A program made the translations under genes and the position numbers. Shown here in pieces: positions 59,460 to 64,000 of a DNA stretch of 64,000 nucleotides. The stretch lies in NCBI GenBank assembly GCA_964291285.2, contig OZ219787.1, positions 1,504,001 through 1,568,000 on the forward strand, written 5' to 3'. Under the pieces are notes generated by a model. It searched no databases. It was not told the DNA's origin and worked only from the letters and a program-made list of their open reading frames with translations. The DNA comes from Alphaproteobacteria bacterium (GTDB lineage Bacteria > Pseudomonadota > Alphaproteobacteria > Bin95). The stretch's first letter is position 1, and every line of letters starts with the position of its first letter.

Positions 59460-60476
59460 ATGGCTGGTGTTTCCCGGGCCAACGGCCACCGCTTCAAGGG
59501 CTTTCAGACGGCCGAAAGCGGCGTGCCGGAGAAGCTGCGGCCCGACCCGGCCGAATGGTCCTTCGACCTCGACGAGGCGCTGAGGGCGGTGTTCGGCTAT
59601 CACGCCGATATTCCGGACGACGCCTTCACGGCCTCGACGCTGGGCAATGAGCGCGAGGGCAACGCCGTCCTGATCGACGAGAAAGGCCATCTACTGACCA
59701 TCGGCTATCTGGCGACCGAGGCCGACGAGGTGACGCTGACCGACGTCGAAGGCGCGCAGTGTCCGGCGCGCGTGGTCGGCTACGACCAGGTGACCGGCCT
59801 CGGACTCCTGCGCGCCGACCGGCCGCTGGACTGCCGGCCGATGACGCTCGGCAGCGTGGACGACCTCAGCGTGGGCGACAATGCGGTCGCGGCGGCGGGC
59901 GGCGGGCGCGATTTCGCCATGGTGGTGTCGGTGGTCTCCAAGCGGGAATTCGCCGGCTACTGGGAATACCTGCTGGACGAGGCGGTGTTCACCTCGCCCC
60001 CGCATCCCCGCTGGAGCGGCGCGGCACTGATAACCCGGCAGGGCGTGCTGGTGGCGGTCGGGTCGCTCTATGTGCAGGACAGCCTGCCGGGAGAGCAGAC
60101 GCGGCCCGGCAACATGTTCGTGCCCGTGGAGTTGCTGCACCCGATCTTCGAGGAGCTGGCCGCCTCGGGCCATGCCGCGCGCCCGCCGCGTCCCTGGCTC
60201 GGCATGTTCGGCGCCGAGGTCGAGGACCGGGTGGTCATAGCGGGCCTCACCGACGACGGGCCGGCCGACGATGCCGGGCTCAAGGTCGGCGACCTGGTGC
60301 TGGGCGTCGCCGGCGAGCCGGTCGGGGGGCTGTCGGATTTCTACCGCGCCGTATGGGCGCTCGGGCCGGCCGGAGTGGAAGTGCCCCTGGACGTCTATCG
60401 CGACGGGGAACTGGTCCATGTCGCGGTGCATTCCGCGGACCGCCGCTCCTTCCTGAAGATTCCCAACCGACACTGA
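59460..60476 (+). CDS. S1C/HtrA-like protease family protein with PDZ domain
   Basis: Trypsin-like fold (LLTIGY, WSGAAL) plus PWLG...GPA..AGL PDZ. Confidence 0.85.
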   Translation: MAGVSRANGHRFKGFQTAESGVPEKLRPDPAEWSFDLDEALRAVFGYHADIPDDAFTASTLGNEREGNAVLIDEKGHLLTIGYLATEADEVTLTDVEGAQCPARVVGYDQVTGLGLLRADRPLDCRPMTLGSVDDLSVGDNAVAAAGGGRDFAMVVSVVSKREFAGYWEYLLDEAVFTSPPHPRWSGAALITRQGVLVAVGSLYVQDSLPGEQTRPGNMFVPVELLHPIFEELAASGHAARPPRPWLGMFGAEVEDRVVIAGLTDDGPADDAGLKVGDLVLGVAGEPVGGLSDFYRAVWALGPAGVEVPLDVYRDGELVHVAVHSADRRSFLKIPNRH

Positions 60477-60489
60477 CCGGGTTTCGGCG

Positions 60490-60900
60490 ATGAATGAATC
60501 CGAACGCATATATCTGCTGGAACGCCTGGAGCGCCTGGGCGCGGAGGACGATGCCGAGGCGCTGCAGGCGGCGCGGGAACTCGCGGCGCGCATCTCCGAC
60601 GGCGGCCTGGACTGGGACGAGTTGATCGCTCCGGAAGACCCGCCGGAAGGCGATTTCACCGAGGTCGACTTCGACCCTGAAGAAGAGGGCGAAGACGATG
60701 TCCAAGACGGTCCGCCGCTGGAAGGCGACGGTTCGGCCGAGGTCCAGCTCCTGCAGAAGCTGCTGGAGCGCAAGGGCGCATCGCGCGCGCTGAAGGAAGA
60801 GCTGCAGGAGATGCGCCGCGATGCGGCGTCCGAGGAGGGGCTTTCCGATATGGACCGGCGCTATATCCAGGCACTGGCGAAGAGGCTATCCGTCAGGTGA
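60490..60900 (+). CDS. hypothetical protein (acidic)
   Basis: 136-aa ORF with plausible codon usage. Confidence 0.7.
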   Translation: MNESERIYLLERLERLGAEDDAEALQAARELAARISDGGLDWDELIAPEDPPEGDFTEVDFDPEEEGEDDVQDGPPLEGDGSAEVQLLQKLLERKGASRALKEELQEMRRDAASEEGLSDMDRRYIQALAKRLSVR

Positions 60901-61608
60901 CGCCCCTCCGGGGGCGACAGGCGCGACCTCCGCCTCGGCGGGGCCCAGACGCTGCGCCAGATCCTCCATGCGGTTCCGCACCATGCCGAGCCAGGGCGCG
61001 TCGGGTTCGGAGGCGGCCTCCAGGCCCCGCCAGAGCGCAAGCGCGCCGGCCTCGTCGCCGGATTGCAGGCGCTCGACAGCGAGGTAGTGCCAGGCCTTGG
61101 GTTGCCCTGCTTCCCGCCTGAGTGCGGCTCGGAAGGCGGCAAGCGCTTCCGGCGTGACCACGCCGGCCGAGGCCGAGGCCCGTGCTTCGCCGTAATCCGC
61201 GAGGAGGCCGGCCGGCGCGCCGTCCAGGCCGCCTTCCGCCTGCACTGCGCGGGCGAGCGCGTCCGCGGTTTCCTGCGTCCTCCCGAGGCCGCGCCAGGCC
61301 CCGGCGAGCACCCGCCAGCCGCGCGCATCCCCCGGATTCGTTTCGAGATGGGCCTCGAGGCGCGCGGCGAGGCTGAGCAGTTCTGCATGCTGCGCGGTTT
61401 CGTCGCCGCGCCCGCCGATGGGCATGTCCGGCAGGCCCGGCCGGCCGATCCAGAGATAGAGAGCGAAGGCGAGCGCGACGGGCGCAGCGGCAAGCATGGC
61501 AGCCGGCAGCGCGCCCATGCCAGCCCGCGCCAGCGGCCGCAGCACCAGCAGAGCCGTGGCCGCGGCCAGCGCGCCGACCGCAAGCCAGAGCCAGAGGCTC
61601 CCGGTCAC
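60886..61608 (-). CDS. ccmI: CcmI/CycH-like TPR cytochrome c biogenesis protein
   Basis: YLWIGRPGLPD, NPGDARGW TPR; downstream of ccmH. Confidence 0.8.
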   Translation of the reverse strand: MTGSLWLWLAVGALAAATALLVLRPLARAGMGALPAAMLAAAPVALAFALYLWIGRPGLPDMPIGGRGDETAQHAELLSLAARLEAHLETNPGDARGWRVLAGAWRGLGRTQETADALARAVQAEGGLDGAPAGLLADYGEARASASAGVVTPEALAAFRAALRREAGQPKAWHYLAVERLQSGDEAGALALWRGLEAASEPDAPWLGMVRNRMEDLAQRLGPAEAEVAPVAPGGASPDG

Positions 61609-62000
61609 TCCCGCCGCCGAAAGTAGCGCAGCGCCAGCAACAGGGCGACGATGGCGAAGCCCGCCGGCGCGAACCACAACGCCCAGGTTGCAGGCTTGAG
61701 CGGCGGCTCGAGCAACACATAGTCGCCGTAGCGCTCTGTCAGATAGCCGATCGCCTCCTCGTCGCTGTCGCCGGCGAGCAGCCTCGCGCGCAGCGACCGG
61801 CGGAGGTCCCTTGCGAGGTCGGCGCCCGAATCGTCTATCGACTGGTTCTGGCAGACCACGCAGCGCAACCCCTTGGCGAGCGCACGGGCGCGGGCCTCGA
61901 GCGCGGGGTCCGCGAGCATCTCGCTCGCGTCGAGCGCTGCCTGGGCCGGCGCGGACAGTAGCGCCAGAAGAAGCGCCAGTATTGCCACAGGCCGCGTCAT
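61605..62000 (-). CDS. ccmH: cytochrome c biogenesis protein CcmH
   Basis: LRCVVCQNQSI, RYGDYVLLEPP. Confidence 0.93.
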   Translation of the reverse strand: MTRPVAILALLLALLSAPAQAALDASEMLADPALEARARALAKGLRCVVCQNQSIDDSGADLARDLRRSLRARLLAGDSDEEAIGYLTERYGDYVLLEPPLKPATWALWFAPAGFAIVALLLALRYFRRRE

Positions 62001-62494
62001 CGCCCCAACGCCGGCAGCAGGTCGCGGCGCACGGCGTCGGGCGTCAGCGGGCCGGTATGCTTGAACGCCACGACGCCACCCGCGTCGAGCACGAAGGTCT
62101 CGGGCACGCCCGTTACGCCCCACTCGACCCCGGCCCCGCCGTCCTCGTCGTAGCCGACCTTGCGGTATGGGTTGCCGAGTTCGGCGAGGAAAGCGTTCGC
62201 GGCCTCGGGTCTGTCCTTGTAGGCGATGCCGTAAATGGTGACTCCTTGCTCCTCCGCCAGATGCGTGAGTAGGGGATGCTCCGCGCGGCAGGGCACACAC
62301 CAAGACGCGAAGATATTGACGAGCGCCGGGCCTTCGAGGTCGGCCATCGCGAGGCCGTCCACAGCGAAAGCCGGCGCGGGCCGCCCGACCAGCGGCGAGG
62401 GAATGCGCGTCGGGTCGCCCCCGAGGCCGACATAAAGCCAGACGGCGAGCGCGGCGAAGACCGCCAGTGGCACCAGGAACAGCAGGCGACGCAT
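61997..62494 (-). CDS. ccmG: DsbE/CcmG thiol:disulfide interchange protein
   Basis: FASWCVPC, GVPETF. Confidence 0.93.
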   Translation of the reverse strand: MRRLLFLVPLAVFAALAVWLYVGLGGDPTRIPSPLVGRPAPAFAVDGLAMADLEGPALVNIFASWCVPCRAEHPLLTHLAEEQGVTIYGIAYKDRPEAANAFLAELGNPYRKVGYDEDGGAGVEWGVTGVPETFVLDAGGVVAFKHTGPLTPDAVRRDLLPALGR

Positions 62495-63999
62495 CAGGCC
62501 GCCGCCGGGTGCCGGCGCCGCCGCGCCGGAACGGCGAGGCGCAGGCGACGGTCGCTGAGCGAGATCAGCGCGCCGAGCGCCATGACGATGGCACCGATCC
62601 AGATCCAGGGCACCAGCGGGTTGTGGTAAAGGCGGACCGTGCGGCCCGTTTGCGGATCGTCCTCGCCAATTACCGCATAGAGGTCGGCCAGGAAGGTCGT
62701 GCGGATCGCCGCCTCCGTGGTGTGCTGGCGCTCGACCGGATAAAAGCGCCGTTCGGGCGCGAGGACGGCCGCCGGCGCGCCGTCGCGCAGCACGGAGAGC
62801 GTGGCGCGGTCCGCCCGGTAGTTCGACCCCTCGACGCGGGCGGTCCCGTCATAGCGGATGGTGTAACCGGCGATGCGGGCACTGTCCCCCGGTTTCATCG
62901 CAAGGATGAGTTCGGACTGGAAACACTGCGAAGCGGTGATGCCGGCGACGGCTACGGCCACGCCCAGATGCGCAAGGCCGCCGCCCCAGGCGGCACGCGG
63001 CATGGCGCGGGCCCGCCGCCAGGCTTCCCCCGCAGCCACTCGGCCGACGCGCAGGCGCTCGCCCCACTCGACCAGAGCGCCAAGCCCGATCCAGGCCGCG
63101 GCGGCAAGTCCTAGCGCCGCAAGCGTCTCTCCGTATGCAAACGCCGCACCGGCGGCGAGCGCAGCCCCGAGGGCCGCCAGCCAAAGCCGCCCGAGTGCGC
63201 CCGCGACGTCGCCGCGCTTCCAGGCGAGCATCGGCCCTATCGCCATCGCCACCAGCGCCGGAGCAACCAGCGGCACGAAGGTTGCGGTGAAATAGGGCGG
63301 CCCGACCGAGACCTTGCCGGCGTTGAGCGCATCGAGAAACAGCGGATAGAGCGTGCCGAGCAGCACGGTCGCGCAGGCGGTGATCAGCACGAGATTGTTC
63401 AGCAGCAGCGCGCCCTCCCGCGAGACCGGACGGAACGGCGCGCCTCTGCCGAGCGCCGGCGCCCGCCACGCATAGAGGGTGAGCGCGCCGCCCGTCGCGA
63501 CGCCGAGCAGCAGGAGGATGAAGACGCCGCGCTCGGGGTCGGTCGCAAAGGCATGCACGGAGGTCAGCACGCCCGAGCGCACCAGGAACGCGCCGAGCAG
63601 GCTCAGCGAAAAGGCGAGGATGGCAAGCAGCACGGTCCACGACCTGAGCGCCTCACGCCGCTCGGCCGCGATGGCGGAATGCAGCAACGCCGTGGCCGCG
63701 AGCCAGGGCATGAAGGAGGCGTTTTCCACCGGATCCCAGAACCAGAAGCCGCCCCAGCCAAGCTCGTAATAGGCCCACCAGCTTCCCAGCGCGATGCCGG
63801 CGGTCAGCCCTGCCCAGGCCGCGAGCGTCCAGGGCCGCACCCAGCGCGCCCAGGCCCGGTCCACCCGTCCTTCGATGAGGGCCGCAACGGCGAAGGAGAA
63901 GGCGACCGACAGGCCGACATAGCCGAAATAGAGAAGCGGCGGATGGAAGGCGAGGCCGGGGTCCTGCAGCAGCGGGTTCAGGCCGGCGCCGTCCAGCGG
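62494..63999 (-). CDS. ccmF: heme lyase CcmF (5' end outside window)
   Basis: GLNPLLQ..HPP, WAYYELGWGGFWFWDPVEN, SVHAFA. Confidence 0.96.
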   Translation of the reverse strand, partial: PLDGAGLNPLLQDPGLAFHPPLLYFGYVGLSVAFSFAVAALIEGRVDRAWARWVRPWTLAAWAGLTAGIALGSWWAYYELGWGGFWFWDPVENASFMPWLAATALLHSAIAAERREALRSWTVLLAILAFSLSLLGAFLVRSGVLTSVHAFATDPERGVFILLLLGVATGGALTLYAWRAPALGRGAPFRPVSREGALLLNNLVLITACATVLLGTLYPLFLDALNAGKVSVGPPYFTATFVPLVAPALVAMAIGPMLAWKRGDVAGALGRLWLAALGAALAAGAAFAYGETLAALGLAAAAWIGLGALVEWGERLRVGRVAAGEAWRRARAMPRAAWGGGLAHLGVAVAVAGITASQCFQSELILAMKPGDSARIAGYTIRYDGTARVEGSNYRADRATLSVLRDGAPAAVLAPERRFYPVERQHTTEAAIRTTFLADLYAVIGEDDPQTGRTVRLYHNPLVPWIWIGAIVMALGALISLSDRRLRLAVPARRRRHPAAA

Positions 64000-64000
64000 C

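Noticed and set aside
59460-60476. HtrA-like protein lacking the canonical catalytic His (LTIGY)
   Set aside because: As far as I recall this is a widespread alphaproteobacterial S1C subfamily, not specific to this locus
43857-63769. Many long antisense or alternate-frame ORFs over housekeeping genes (e.g. 45890-48100, 52819-54885, 57072-58790)
   Set aside because: Expected shadow ORFs of high-GC coding DNA; no motifs

Overview
GC-rich alphaproteobacterial-type DNA in two parts. About 1-43,200 is the right part of an integrated mobile island. It starts with a plasmid/ICE backbone (strawberry-notch helicase, two SLOG proteins, Ssb, Toprim primase). Two convergent tandem pairs of arm-binding tyrosine recombinases then bracket about 26 kb of defence-type cargo. 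The cargo has three modules: (i) a variant DNA-phosphorothioation operon (dndC, small protein, dndD, DndE fused to a HerA/FtsK-like ATPase, GIY-YIG-like protein, DGQHR/DndB protein; no dndA or dndFGH in the window); (ii) a decayed type I R-M locus (hsdM absent, hsdS broken twice, intact AbiJ-like gene, hsdR and a PD-(D/E)XK protein); (iii) a tightly packed graspetide-like cassette (precursor, ATP-grasp ligase, 3-TM protein, trypsin-like protease). The island is riddled with ISs (IS21 with passengers, a MITE, ISKra4-like, IS1182-like, IS66, IS701 with a passenger, IS256); termini and TSDs could be read for most. It also carries short palindromic REP-like inserts inside genes and one 28-bp repeat/32-bp spacer unit. 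About 43,600-64,000 is ordinary chromosome (TauD, enolase family, panC, RlmI-like, IS5, hemB, aspS, rnd, ppx, ppk1, ccm genes). The best candidates for an undescribed system are the defence-island graspetide cassette and the DndE-ATPase phosphorothioation variant. All family calls come from motif recognition by eye; no database searches were run.
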